Source of the DNA: Raillietiella orientalis
Lineage: Eukaryota
Direction: 5' to 3'
Assembly (NCBI GenBank): GCA_036172245.1
Contig: JAYWIR010000008.1
Coordinates: forward strand, 496,001-560,000
Length of the DNA: 64,000 nt
This document shows, one piece after another, positions 34,842 to 48,120 of the stretch. How positions within the stretch are numbered: the stretch's first letter is position 1; each line of letters starts with the position of its first letter. The notes under the pieces are model-generated. The model saw only the letters and a program-made list of their open reading frames with translations, did not search any database and was not told where the DNA came from. The translations under genes and the position numbers were made by a program.

Positions 34842-36163
34842 GGCACCCTCCCTCACTCCCCGTTTACCTGCCTCGGCATGTTTGCGTGTCCCTTCTGCTC
34901 CGCTGCTGTCATCCGCAGCTGAGGGCTGGACTCCCCCTGACGATCGATTGCCCGCTCGCCGCCCGGCGGAGATGAGAGTCCCGCGTCGTCCTGGATGAGT
35001 CGCCTAGGAGGTCTGAGCTTGCGAGGTCCTTGGAGGGAAAGAGTCCATGCCGTTTGCCCGTCCAGCCTTCTCTTGGGATGGACGGGCACGTGGCGTGGGT
35101 TGGAGGTTGTTTACCGCCTCTTCTTTCCAAGAAGAGGGTTGAGGCGGTTCTTCCTCCTCACCCTCCCCTCCCACGCTTGGGAGCTGACCGCGTCTGCTAG
35201 CGAAGGCAGCTGCCTCTTCCAGACTCTCCTCAGGGAGCGCCCCCTTCCGGAGGTGTTGCGCTCGCGGGACCAGAGCACAGTCCTGAAGTCTCCTCCGCTT
35301 TTGCTCTACCGTCTGGGGAGAAGATGCTCGGTAGAGTAGGGTCTTGGAATAGGTGTGGAGAAGGAACCAATGCCTCCAGAGAGCCAGGCTACCGGGATGA
35401 AAGCAGCCATTGCTCGTGGGAATGCGGAAGGGAAAAGGGCGCGCTTTCCTCGAGCCGTCGAAGGCCCAGATGGCGCTTCACGGATGCAGACTCCTGAGTG
35501 TTGAGCGATCACGGTACTAAAGGACATGCGTCCTCTTCGCGGGATCCGTATTCCCATCCCGCTTCTCCCAAGGGGCCACTTTCCTGATGGCTCCATCGCA
35601 TGCTGCTGCTATTTCATCAGAGTCTCCCCCCGCACTCCCCCCTGCTCTCTCCAAGTGACTTTTCTCTAATAGCAGGAGGATTTGTTTGTGGCTTGGCAAC
35701 ACTGGAAGGAAATCCTGATAAAACGATACCTCCGTGAAGATGCTGCTTTCTGATCCCTCCTGGACCACGACTCTTCGTCCGAGCTCCCTGCTCTCCCCCA
35801 GGGAATGGAGGAGGAAGGGAGGGAGAGCAGGAAGAGCAGTAAGGATCACTGGGGCATGAACAAGGCAAAAGTGAGGCTGGTGTTCCTGTTTCCCTATCTA
35901 ACAGAAGAAAAAGTGCCACCAAGAAAGCTACAACACTGAGGGCAGGTCACGAAGGACCGTCGGGTGGAGACAACCACTGCGAGGCGAGCGTTCCCGTTCG
36001 TTTCCATGGGATCTAAAAGGTGGCGCGGAGTACGCGGCAAGCGTTTCCTCGAATGGGGCAGCGGTAGAAGGGGATTCTCATCTGAGGTGAGATGGGATAG
36101 GATGAGGTGCTGCGAGACAGGAAGAAGAAACAAGATGACGAACAACCCAAAGCGCTTCTAGTA

Positions 36164-36250
36164 CTTCCTTCTTCCCCTCCTCCTCTTCCTTCTCCTCCCT
36201 TTCCCCCTTCCTCCCCTCCTCTTCCTCTTCCGCCTTTCCACCTCTTCTTC
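36164..36250 (+). repeat. Polypyrimidine (CTT/CCT) low-complexity tract
   Basis: ~85 nt almost entirely C/T. Confidence 0.9.
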
Positions 36251-37180
36251 ATGCTTCCGTTTGATCCCAGAGGGAAGCCTCGATACGGTCAGAGGAGGTG
36301 AGAAGGAGAAAAAAAGTATCCTTGCTTCCTCCCTGCGAAGAGGGAGGCAGCGCTGCTCGCGCAGAGGGAAGAGACGACGGCGTTGCCAAAATGGAAAGAG
36401 GCGAGGTGGAACTCCTCCTCTGAAGCACAGGCAGAGATCCGTGTGGGGTGTGGTCTTCCTTTACGGCCCCCGGCTTCTTTTCGGCGGAAAGAGAAGAGGG
36501 GTGAGGGGTTCGTTCGTTCTTGCGACGCAGGGCTGCGTGAGGTCATCCTTCTCATGGACATTCTCTTGCTGAGATGAGCGGAGAGATGACCCCTGACGCG
36601 TTCCGGGCCGCTCAGCGACCGGTTTCAGAGGAGGAACTGTAAAGCGCAGTGGTCCCCATGCCCTTTATTCGCTTACTCTTTCACTCCCCTGCTCGCTCCG
36701 TGACGGTAGCGAGCATCTCCCTCCCAGGATACCGGGCTGCCTACCTCCTCTGCGACGATCCCGGGTGGCGACCGGTCTGCTGGTTTGTGCTGCTCCGCTT
36801 CAGGCGAGGAAACGCCGCAGGAGAATTTCCTCCCACCCACCCCCAACCTTTTAGCAGTACCGCTCTCTTCTGCTCCCCCCACCGCGCTCCTCAAGGCCGT
36901 TGTCCTGCCGGGTGGGCGGTTCCGAAAGGAGGCACATCTCCCTCTGCAGTGCCGCTGACGATTTTTCGATCCCTCCGGTACTCTCTCTCTCCCTCAAGGG
37001 GGTGGACAGAAGAGGAACAGGAGGACGGTTCGCGTCCCCCCTTTTCGCTCTCTTCTGGATTCGGGCCAGACCGGAAGGGCCCAGCCCCGCGCCCGACCCC
37101 TCGGATGCCTCCCGCGCCGGCGGTGTTCCCTCCTCGGTAGGGATCAGGGCGAGGTCGAGAAAACTTCCAAAGCATCATCA

Positions 37181-38105
37181 AAGATAAATACATATGTTTA
37201 TTACATATATTTATACAGAGAGTAATAATATTCTAACACATATTACTGATATAATGAATCGAGTGTATTAATATATTCTTCATATATATTATGAAGGTTA
37301 TAAAAAATAGATGCGCACTTTTATTATGTGAGTAAGTGCATGTTTATTTATGTATTCTATGTATATAAAAGAAATTGTATGCTAAATACTGAATATAAAT
37401 ATGGGGGTATAAAGAATGAAACGAACAAACGATGGCGAGGATGAAAAATGGGGGGGGGGAATGAAAAGGCGAACGAATTCAAGACAGGAAATGCCGCATT
37501 TCTTTTTTTTCCCGTCATTTTTAATGACTTCCAGCAAACGGCACTTCCTCAGGAAGGGCGGATGCCGTTTTCTGGATTTCGATCGATGGACAATTCACGT
37601 GTCTTTGTCATTCACTCGAAATGTACACATTCATTTCATATTCATTTATTGCACACACAAATGCATGCAGTAAGCGCATGCATTTATTTTTCGTATAATC
37701 TTCACTACGTGTATATTAATGATGTGTAAACATATTATTAATTCTGTCCTAAAACATGCAAGTTAAAATAAATTTGTTTATCTGCCTATATATGAATATA
37801 TATATGTGTCACTATACATAAAAAGTATATATATTTATTTTTTTAATTTTGACAGTATATGTATCATTCTATGTGTTAATTTATTCATCAATATACGTGT
37901 TCATATATACAACAGACATATTTATTTATTGCTTATCATGTTTGTAATGTATATCTGTCTATTTATCAATCTATATATAAATACGTATGATAAACATGTT
38001 ATAAATTACATTAACAATATGCATGTTAATAAATACATATGCTAAAATAAATCTGCATAATAATCCACATATTAATATACGTGATAAACACTTGCATCTA
38101 TTTTT
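37181..38105. mobile_element. AT-rich island with imperfect long inverted repeats (fold-back/MITE-like)
   Basis: Abrupt AT-rich block within GC-rich DNA. 37223-37245 resembles the reverse complement of 37717-37740, and 37292-37317 resembles the reverse complement of 37674-37704. Confidence 0.45.
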
Positions 38106-41100
38106 TATGGTCTTTCGGGATGTCGGCATTCGGGATTTGGAACGCAACCCCTGTGAGGGGGACTCTTGGAGGAGCCCCTGCTCGGCGCACAGGCAACCCT
38201 CTCACTGCCGCTCGAGGATCCCAGAAGGGACTAGAGCCGAAGCGCAAGCGATCCTTTCCCTCTTCCTCTCCCCTTTCCCCAGAAACGATCTCCGTCAGGC
38301 CGATCTCTCGTAGAGCCCTCTCGTCGCCTTCCACCGCCACCACCATCTGCCCCCTTCCCCTTGGACCCCACGGCGGATCGCCTACCCCCACGAAAACGGA
38401 AGCTGCAGCCCTTCCTTCTCTTCCTTCCCCATCCCCCTTCCCTCCCCTCTCTCTCCTCTGCCCTCCTCCCCTCCTCGCAGCAGAGCTGGCGCTTCGTTCC
38501 TCGAGAGCTGACCTCCCCTCCGTGGCTCCCCAGCCATCTCACCCACACTCAAGATGCTGCCAAAGCATGCCGCCGGGCGAGCGGCTTCAGCCCGACGACC
38601 CAAGAGAAAAGAGGGGTTGCTCCTTCTCCTCCTCCTGCACCAACACGTGCGGTCCACGGGGTGGTGGCTCCTCACCCTCGAAAGGTCAGGGAGGAAGGTG
38701 AGGCTCGACAGGCAGCTGGCGCTTGGAAGAAGCAAGCATGGAGGAGCGCCGCGCATAGTCCAGGTTCCCTGCCGTCGTCATCCACCTTCTGCAGTAGTGG
38801 GAGGGTAGGAAGAAGCAGCCATCGGCGCCCCCGGCGTGGCAAGGATCCTTGATGGGGGAGGGCAGGGGATTCCGGAGGAGGAATAAAGAGGTCACGCACC
38901 GCGGGCTCGGGAAAAGACGGCTGCCGCCCTCTGGAGAAGAGGCGCAGCAGTTTGCACGGGTACAGATGCGTGAGGGACGCGGGGAAGGCCGGCCCGACAG
39001 AAGGGAGTGGGAGGAGAAGGGGTAGTGTCAGCGTGCATCCCAAGTTTACCTCCGCGAAGCTCAGAACATGCCCTGCTCATCAGCAGAGGCACCTGACCTA
39101 GACCGCGGCACGGTTTCCTGCTGCATTTAAAGCGCGTCCGCGGCTCTCCCAGTCAGAGAATGTCATGGAAGAATCTCGTTAAGCAGGATCGAGAAACAAT
39201 GCCCTCCGGGCAATGGTCACGGTTGTCTCTTGCTCGAGCATTGGTCGACAACGCGGGTCATTGTGGAGGAAGAATTGCCTAAGAAACAAACAGGGAGCCC
39301 GAGGATCCCAGTGGGAATGGAGGACCGCCGTCCCGAGCACCTCAAGGTAGTAGAGGTGCCGCGGTCAGTCTCCCGTGACGTCTTCAGCTGCCAGAGTGCT
39401 CTCGGCCTGCCTTGCGGAACCCAGCCTACTTGTCTTCCCCGCGGGATTCCCAGGTGGAGGTTGTCCGGAGAGCGTTATCTCTTCCGTCTTCTTCACCATT
39501 TGGGGAAAAGGGTCACGCATCCCCCTCTCGTCACATCCCGGTGCCCCATGCGCCCGCCTACGGAGCAGCTGCGCGCGTGCGGCCCAGATGCCTTCGTTGC
39601 CAGAGCCAAAGCTCTCGCCAGAAAAGATGGCTGCCTCCCTCGGAGAGGCGAATAAGGAGTGCGGCAAGACGGGAGGTTTCCCTGCCCGTCCGGGAGCCCG
39701 TTTTTGAGGTCATGGACGGAAGCGCCCTCCTTGTACCCCGTGGAGCTGCGCGTTCGCCTGCCAACAACTCCTGTTTGAGCGTGCCTGGAGGTCCTTGCGA
39801 CCCCTCCTTAGGTCGTGGGTCCTTTTCTGCTTCCTATTCTTTCCTTGACCTTGTCCCAAGCAGGTCGAAGGACCCGGATTGAGCTGTGCGACCTGTCGGA
39901 ACCTTTGTCGGCCAACTCCCTGCCTCCCTTGCATCCTATCACAAGAAAGAAAGTCTGTGGACTATTATTCCTGTAGCACGAAATCATGGGGGTCTCCATG
40001 ACGATGACCCTAAAGCCACCTCAAGCTGCCAGGAGTAAAAAAGCAAGGAGATACGATTTCAGGCACGCCTTTGGTTGATTCCCGGGAGCTGCCTCTGCGC
40101 CACCCTAGCGCCGTCCCCTGCACCACGCTGCTGCTGCATCCAGCAGTTCTTTCGAACGCGCAAAATCCAGTAAACAGGGAATAAAATGGGGAAGAGCACT
40201 TTAAGGACACCGCCCATCCCTTCTGCAGATGGAGTTTCCGCGAGTAACTTTACCCCTTCCCTCCCCAGCGCAGAAAAGGAAGGAAGGGGGAGAGGAATGC
40301 GTGTCGGAAGGCCATGTTTGGAGCAGTGGGGACTTACCCCCAACGAGTACAGGAGTGTTCCTGTTTCGAACGCGGCAGGAGGAAAGAAAGAAACAGCCTC
40401 CCGCTCCGCAGCTGTTGCCAAGGGCGTGCAAGGGTGAGCGCCACCGCCACCACTCCTGCACTCTGGAGTCAGCGATTAAGTTCGAAACGCCCAGATGCAC
40501 CGCTGCTGGCGAAAACGCACTCGCACGCGTGGGGTGGGGCGAGTTCTTCCGAAGGGGTGTACAGCCTCTCTCCATCGGAATGTCACAAGGAACTCGTCGC
40601 AAGAGGTACGAAGCTATGGCAGGGTGCTACTCCAGACCCTGAGGGCTATACCCTGAGAACACCCAGGAAGCAGAGTAGCAAGTCATGAGGTAACAGAGAG
40701 AACAGAGACAAAATTACTCCAATTCTCCCTTGTCCCTGCTCCCTCCACCCGCTCTCCTCGAACTACCACAAATCCATCTTTGCCTTGTGGTATAATCTGA
40801 TACATCAAGGTCAAAGTTCAAATTGTTCTCAGGAGGACTTTCGTCATTCTTGACTGATTGCTTCTTGTCAAAGAAGGAATAAATTTGCTCCACCGCCTGT
40901 GGGACTGGGGGGAACCCCGACTCGGCCCCAGAGCCAGACGCTCGCGCGATCGCCTGGTCATGCCAGAGTGAGTCTCTTGCTCACTGAGACGCACCCATGG
41001 ATCCGTCCTCCCAGTGGGGGGAGGAAGGGATGCCAGAATGCGGGCCTGAACTTGAGCTCCACAAAACGAACGCAGAAGGAAGCGGATCTCTGCCCTGATA

Positions 41101-42849
41101 AAGAGGCTGCGGAACACGCTCCACTGTCCCCGCTCATTCTCAAGAACGCAGCAAGCTGAAAAGGACTGGCCTGCGTCCTCGCGCGCAGCCTCAGGGGAGA
41201 ACGAGGTCTACATCGCCTGGTTTGCTCGACAGCGCAGCCGATTGGGATGCTGCTGCAGCTCGGCGAACAGCGACGCTTGGCCGAGGGACCCCCTGGAAGC
41301 GCGGAGGCGTCTCCAACAGCAGCGCCACCTTCCGCTTCGGGAAACCCTCCTTATGCGATTGAGTTCGTGCCATCATGGATGACATGAACCGCACCCGGGA
41401 TCTCGTCTCCAGTCACTGCGGTCTGCTTGCTCCGGCACCTCTTCTTACTATTTGTGGGAGGAAGAAAAAGTGGGTGGTTCTCCGGCGGTGTGGGAGGTGA
41501 CCAACCGGACTGAAGGAGTTCGCGGAACCATGCCTAAAGACCTTGCGCAGGACCTGGCCTGTGCAAAGGCGGATGTGGCTTGGTGGAATGTCTTGAGGAA
41601 AATTCCGAAACCTTCGCGTCCTCGTCGACACCTCCATTCAGCCTCTTCGCAGCAGCTCACCGCTATCTTGCACTGCAGCCCACCTGGAAAGGACCCCCCA
41701 GCAGGAAGAGCCCCAAGGTGCTCAATCCGCTATCGTGGCGAGCCTTCCGCGAATGCTGCTCCAGCACGAGTGAGCAGCAGTTCTTCACCCTTCCCATGAC
41801 AACCCACGCAACCCGTTCAACGAACGCCTACCTCTGAGGATCTGATCGGTTGCCTCCCCGCAGACCACCTCCTGACAGGTGTGTGCGTGACGATGACCAT
41901 GCAGGATGGGGGAGAAGGAATGTGGCTACGATATCTCCTGTGAGCGCATCAGGAGAGCTCTCGTGGGAAGCCGGGATAGGTGGACTTCAAGTTGAGATGT
42001 GAGTGCTTCAGACCCTGAGAATCGCTTAGAAACCAGAGGCAGCTTCGTCTCTCATCTCCGGCCCCGCCTCGCGCTGGTTCTCGGAAACCACGTGCATCAA
42101 CTTGTGGTCAATCCACTTATCCATTTATTCATCGTCCGTTCCTCCATCCCTTCCCTACTTCCGTCCCCGGTGGGGTTCCCCCCTCCTCCCTCCCTTTCCC
42201 ACATCGCACGTTCGTTTGTTGATTTCTGTCGGCTTGTCAGAAGATTGCGCCGCGGCAATCACTTCTGGAAATGACACAAGGTGGATACCTGGTTCCTGAG
42301 CACAATCCAGAGTTAGGGAGGTAGGATGTACCACCAGCTACACAAAAAGACTGGGGTACTTGAAGGGGGTGAAAACACCGAAGATTCGGTTAACCGAATC
42401 TTCCGCCGTCTGAGATGCAGGTAGTGACCTTCTTCGCTTCTTGCTGGAGCGAAGGAGGACCATTTCGATCCACCCTTTTCGTCTCCACGGAGGAGGACAC
42501 GGGATCGCCGTAGGCAAGTGGCAGGCGAAAGTCCTTTGCGAGACGAGCGACCCAGAAGCGGATCCTTTCAGGAGTCTTCCGCCACCGCGAAGAGGGGCGG
42601 CGAAGAGGCGCTGCCGCGAAGAACGCAGCGCAGCAGGCGCAGGAACGCATCCCCTCTCCCTGAAATCGCGGCTTCTCTTGCCGTGCGGGAAATCGCAGTG
42701 CACGAAAGGAAGTGCCGCGTGCTGTTGCCCGAGGTTGGGCAGAAACCTGCTCGGGGCGCAATGCTCCACGCAGAGGTGCCCCTCCGACTTATGGAGTGTC
42801 TTCTCATCAGTCGCTTCAGCGCTGTTTCCGTGCTGATGCCGCGAATTCT

Positions 42850-44300
42850 CCTGGGAAAGGGGAGGGAGGATGACTATCGTGCGAAGATCGTCTGATCCAT
42901 CGCGGATGCCTTCGTAAAAGCTGTGCATGCGCACCAAAGAGGCACTCTTTGTGCATGACGAGCTCACTGGGGAAGTGTCAGTGTCCATCCTTCGGAGGAT
43001 GAAGCGGTTCCTCGGAAAGGATCCGTCCTGGTACTGGCATCAGCAGCCGAGGGCGAGCTCCAGGAATGTGTCCAACTTCTCCGAAACGCACTTCGAAAAG
43101 GTGGACTCATCCATTAACTCCAGAAGATGCGTGTCGCTGCATCTCGGAGCAGCAGCAATCAAGAAGAGCGAAAAGAACCGTCTCGGGGACTGAAGGCATT
43201 GACTTCCCGAAACTGGAACAAGCTCACGACTTCACAGGTATTTAGGGAAGCCTTTAGCGACGAGAGCGTTGCCAGCCCACGCAACGCATGAGTTTCTTAC
43301 AGGGCGGCCCTTGTCAAGGAACGTGAACTGTCCCTGCTCCGGGAGACAACTCCTCAAGACCTTCCCTTTCCCTGCGACGATACACCCATCGGTGCCTGGG
43401 AGCGATCAGGAAGGCCACCTGAAACTCATCAAGGAGTGCGTCGCGTGTAACACCAATCCGCCTTCCGCATCTGCCGGAAGAGACTGCGATTCTTCTCACA
43501 GATGCTGGAACCCCTAACGGATCCAACCGCGCACGAGGTGTCCCACAAGACCCTACAGCCAGTGCTCAGAAAGCGCTCGCCGACGAGGACTCGAGGAAGT
43601 TCGTCTCCGACTAGAGATAGCCTGGGGCCAGAGAGATGCAGGACCAATAGTTTGGTCCGGTCCGAATCAAAATGGATCCTCCAGAACGCAGCTCTGAGGA
43701 TCACGTTCGCAGAGTCCACCACCGGTTCCCACAGGAGGAAGATCTCCGGCGTAAGCACGGTGCGGCTCAAAGAGGCGCGGAAGTCCTAGTCCGAGCCCCC
43801 AAGGCGCCCAGGTCAACCGTGGCTTTCCTGGTGGCACAGCGTCTTCCCTGTATACCAAAGCTCACCTCAGGTTCGTGGACGACAGATTTATCCATGGGGC
43901 GCTACCAAAGCCTCTTGCGTGTACCAAGCAGTGTCTACCAGGGATGGAGCTAGCAGGGAGTTCAGGGGATGTGAAACAGGGGAGGAACCCTACGCCACAA
44001 ATCTTCATTTACTTGCAGCTGCAGCTACCAGACGGTGATCATCGAACGGCACGGCAAGATGCTGGAGGAAATCAGGCGGACAGTGCTCAAGGAAATTGGT
44101 GAATTCCGGTTAGCCGATGTCAGGAATCGACTCCAGGATGAAGCTGCATCATCTGGTGCTTCGGAGTGGAAGACCGGTCATCATAATACGCGGTCAAACT
44201 CTGCTCTGGTGATGGAATATGTGAGGCAGAAGGAGGAGGGCAAAGTGCCGAGGATTGGCTCTCTACTCAATGGCGAAGGGAAGTCCAGACTGTAGCGATA
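42850..44300 (+). mobile_element. Decayed non-LTR (RTE-like) reverse transcriptase fragments
   Basis: SIADAFVKAV (~D..KAFD.V), ALFVHDELTGEVSV...FLGKDP (~V.V.G..S....V..GV.QG) and KVPRIGSLLNGEG (~FKYLGS.I...G). Confidence 0.3.
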
Positions 44301-46188
44301 CTACTCGTTGGGATCCTACATCCAGAGCACTTTGAGTCAAGAAGTGAGGAGGCATCTCATGGATGCAGGTGGTCTGCATTGACGTGCAGAGTTCAGCAGA
44401 CAAACCGTAGAAGCGCAGGACCGCCGACCAAACGAGGCCCACCCCCATTATGGATTCTCCCTGAAGGCGGGTCGATCCAAGCAGCTAGGCTGAACAAAGT
44501 AGAGTGAGCCCTTGCCAGCTGCTTGCACCCTCAATGTAACATACCTGTAACCCACAACGGTCTGAGCCCGTCGCAGATGCTCTCGCGGAAGCTGAGACGC
44601 CTTCAAGGACCTTCCTGAAGGTCGAGTCGTGGCCTCCAGTCAGTGTGAGCATCGTTGCCGTTCCGTGTCGCCCCGCGGTGGTGATCGTGAGCAGTGCGTG
44701 CACCGTGAAATGGCTGCAGTTCGTTCGCGTGCTTTGTCTTGCTGGATGCTGAAGAGCTGATCGAAATCGCGGTGGCCTGCAAGGCGACAGGACCCTCAGA
44801 TCTGACTGGGCCGACCGCTGGACACGACAGCATCTGGAAAAAATTTCGCACCGCACCTGCGATAGACCGTGTTCGGGAATCTCATCGATTTGGTGGGCTG
44901 CTTCACCCCACAGCGGTCGTCGAAGGATGGAACCAAGGGTTCAAGGCGGAAGGGGATGAGAAACGACGTGAAGACGGGATTTTTTTCAGCTTGGAATCAA
45001 GGGTTCAACGCTGCAGAGATCCTCTCCATTGGGAGCTCGAATCAGAGTGCATTGCTCCTACTCCGCTCCTGCTATTTTTGAAGCGAAGACGTCAGGCGCC
45101 ATCGCCGTCGGTGCAGAACGCACAGAGAGAATGCGGTGGCTCGGGCAAGCAGGGCTCTCTTCCAAAACAGAACGGATCCAGACGGCCATCGAGCAAGGCA
45201 CTCCTCGACAGCAAATGGACCACGGATAGAGAAAGATTTCGGATTTCATCAATGCATAATGCAAATGTTCCCTGAGCGACAAGAAAGCACCGCTTGGGAA
45301 GCGCGCTGCAAGGATGACTTCAGTCAGTTGCTGTCCTCGAAAACAGCGAATCGTTAACTTGTTGAGTCGGATGTTTTCATCCGCCTCCAGGACTCGTTCG
45401 AGCAGGAAAACGCAGCTCAGCCATCCGCGGCTTCCGTAGATGACCTTGCTCCAGCGTAGAGCGAAAGTGCCAATCGATAGTTTTCAGACAGACCAGCTGC
45501 AGTTACCTGCTGATTTTGCACCGCAAAACGTCTCGATAAGATGATCCAAGCACGATAAGCTGAGCTCTCAGCGATCAGACGTCTGTCTGAAGCTCTTTTT
45601 TTTTACGAAAGCTCGTGTGCAGAACAGCGGCTGAAATGCAGAGTTGCTACGAAGACCTTGGAAGTAACCTCACGAACCTGTGATTAATGTAACCCTTCTC
45701 CTCTTGCATGGATTCACAGTGCCCAGACTCAAAGGCACTCGCCTTCAACAAACATTGATCAAGAGGCAGATGATAAGCAAAGGATTCATAGTTCGCGTGT
45801 GTGTGATTCATTTCAAATGTTAGATCATACTCTTCGCGTCTTACAGCCAGTATCTGATAATGACCGCCCTCAGACTTCCTTCGAGGCAGGGTACGGATGT
45901 GTGACCGTCTAAGCATCCCGTTCGGCTCGTGAAAACAAGCCAGCCTGGACAGCAAGCTCGTCAGGACGCGCATGCGCGAACGGCTTCAAGAGGACGCTCA
46001 GCCAGGACAGCACGAACACCTTATGAAAGCTACATGATAGGTGTCGCGAACCCGTAACCCTGCGTGCACCGCTTGCACCGGAATGCCAACTACTAACAGC
46101 ACTCTGTGCAACTTCGTCGAGTAGCATTGGACTAACGGTTCAGAGCAAACACGGCGTTGCCGTGGAATGGTGCAAACATTCACGGCCT

Positions 46189-46269
46189 ACCACCCCAGTC
46201 TTCGACCCAGCTGATTCACGCGTACGTTCGTGGTCCACCACCCAAGTCTTCGACCCAGCTGATTCACGC
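46189..46269 (+). repeat. 48-bp-period tandem duplication (2 copies), possibly within a Tc1/maT remnant
   Basis: ACCACCC(C/A)AGTCTTCGACCCAGCTGATTCACGC at 46189-46221 and 46237-46269. Encodes PPQSSTQL (~WPP.SPDL) and is followed by LFIYGFMKREAY (~FFLWGYLK..VY). Confidence 0.85.
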
Positions 46270-46639
46270 ATGGAGGTGGCGAAGCTCCGATGACGGAGGT
46301 GTGCGGCAACACAACTTTTTACTGAGAGGAAAGCGTTTGCCCCCCCGCAAATGCGTAGATGCCTCGAGAAGTGGGAAAACGGTTGTTCATCTACGGGTTC
46401 ATGAAAAGAGAGGCTTACTTAGCGCAGTTTCACAGTAAAGACAACGCAAAGTCGCAATATGGCAACCCTGAGTTGAGCTTTGAGACACCGTATACACCTA
46501 CCAAACGAAAGCAGAAAGAGGCCATTTTTGTGTGCCAATACCTCGAAGTGTACGATGCACCCTTGAAAAATGCGTAAAGCCAAAGGGTACAATACCAATA
46601 ATATCGTAGTAATGCTGCGAGAAGCCAAAAAATTTGTAT

Positions 46640-46930
46640 ACAGTTGTGAATCCAACCAAAAATGATGAAGAAAATGATATTGGCACAGATTGACTTAAAA
46701 TGTCTGTGGGATCGTCTTTGCTTGTTTTCTCGTCGTTTCGGAGGTTTTTGCCAAATATTTCATCTGCAAGTAATTTCGAATCCAATAACAGGTGCAGGTG
46801 TGCCTTCGCTTTGACCCCTAGTTGTAACTTCTGATTCATCGAAGTTCCAATCGAAGCTCCATTCGGTCCGGAATCGGAAGGCAAACTTTTGGATAATCTT
46901 CTGGAATCTTCGATTTCTCTCCGCATCTTC
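46640..46930 (-). mobile_element. mariner transposase remnant
   Basis: SIGTSMNQKLQLGVKAKAHLHLL (second HTH / ~WVPH.L) and IFGKNLRNDEKTSKDDP (~FL.RI.TGDEKW..YDP). Confidence 0.4.
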
Positions 46931-47627
46931 GTTCCAGCCAGATTACGTGGACGGCTGAAGCAAGGAGGAATGCCGTATGCTCACATCAATTCTCAGTAAC
47001 GCCGCCTTCTTCCTTTTTTGGAACACAATTTCTCCCAAAAGTTCTCCGAGTAATGCGGAACTGACGGGCAGACAAACACTTTCGCCTTAGAGAAATTACC
47101 TAAGAATTCTAACTGCCACACATCGAATGGAGACCTATTTGGGCCCCACCTCTCAAAGTCTCAAAGTATTTCGAGTGCGTGCTCAAGAGCAGCTACACAA
47201 CAGTTAGCACGGTGGAAATGATGGATTCGACCGTGTAGTAAACGTGAACTGTTGCAGCAGCTGCGATCCGACCGGTGGTATTTGGAAACATGGCACAGGC
47301 ATGAAGATGGTGCAGATTCCACCGTTCAGAGCACATGAGGTTCGCTTCAAAGACGGCGAAAAAATCTGCTGTCGGACCGAAAGCCCGGAAGCTCATAGGT
47401 GGTCTCTTAGTCCAAAGGTGTTCTCAAGCGTTTGAGTTTTCGCTCACCGCTGCTCTCTCAAGGAATCCGCTTTTCAATGCTGGAATAAAGTTATTACTCC
47501 TGGACACACAATTCTTCATAGAAGGAAAACAGGGACTTTCTTCGATTTCAAGCAATACTTTTAGGAGGAGGGGAGAGCGGGAGGGAGGGGGGGAGAAAAA
47601 CAAAAGATACGACTAGCTAAAATCTGA

Positions 47628-47686
47628 AAGCAGCGGACGAATGCACTCGTTTCAAGATAACAGTCTTGAATTTTCATCAGCTGCTT
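47628..47686 (-). ncRNA. Type I hammerhead ribozyme-like motif with complete catalytic core
   Basis: Minus strand: AAGCAG-CUGAUGA-AAAUUCAAGACUGUUAUCUU-GAAA-CGAG(UGCA)UUCG-UC-CGCUGCUU. All core nucleotides are present, with a GUC cleavage triplet and a hairpin helix III; helix I has a 2-nt bulge and helix II is weak. Confidence 0.55.
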
Positions 47687-47689
47687 ATG

Positions 47690-48120
47690 AGGAAACGAAT
47701 CCTGTAGGCAATGGATCAGGAAGCAGATATCACGAAGCAGTCTTAGACCGTACGAGAATGTCCGTTCCTTCCTTCAATCGTGAATGCTGGGGGCTAACTG
47801 CACGATGTACCCTCCAATGTGCAAATAGAGAAAAGATGAAAAGAATACCACTGCCTTTTTCTTCTTCTTCACTCCGCGGTCCATAATTGCAGTTTAACCT
47901 CATGAATGAAATCTTCCATTTATAAGTATCACGTCTATCGTACAACATGGCCATGGCAGTCTTCAGGTGAAACAGAGGTACGCACATATTGACATGGTTA
48001 CACCGAGGCGTCCGTGAGCGAATCGGTAACGTTCGGAAAATGCAGCCCTTTTTTTTGTTTTTCACAAAAGTGATGAAGTAGTACATTGCGAAGAGATATT
48101 TCCTGGGAATTCATTTTGCT
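47690..48120 (-). mobile_element. Possible Penelope-like GIY-YIG remnant directly upstream of the hammerhead
   Basis: SQEISLRNV / YYFITF..KKGCIFRT..R..RCNH (~S.NVIY.I.C..YIG.T...R.NEH) and SRLKEGTDIL (~R...E..WI). Frameshifted and weak. Confidence 0.3.

Noticed and set aside
46189..46269. Repeat-spacer-repeat resembling a mini CRISPR array
   Set aside because: Only two copies; the 'spacer' also resembles the sequence before copy 1 (simple 48-bp tandem duplication); eukaryotic context with no cas genes.
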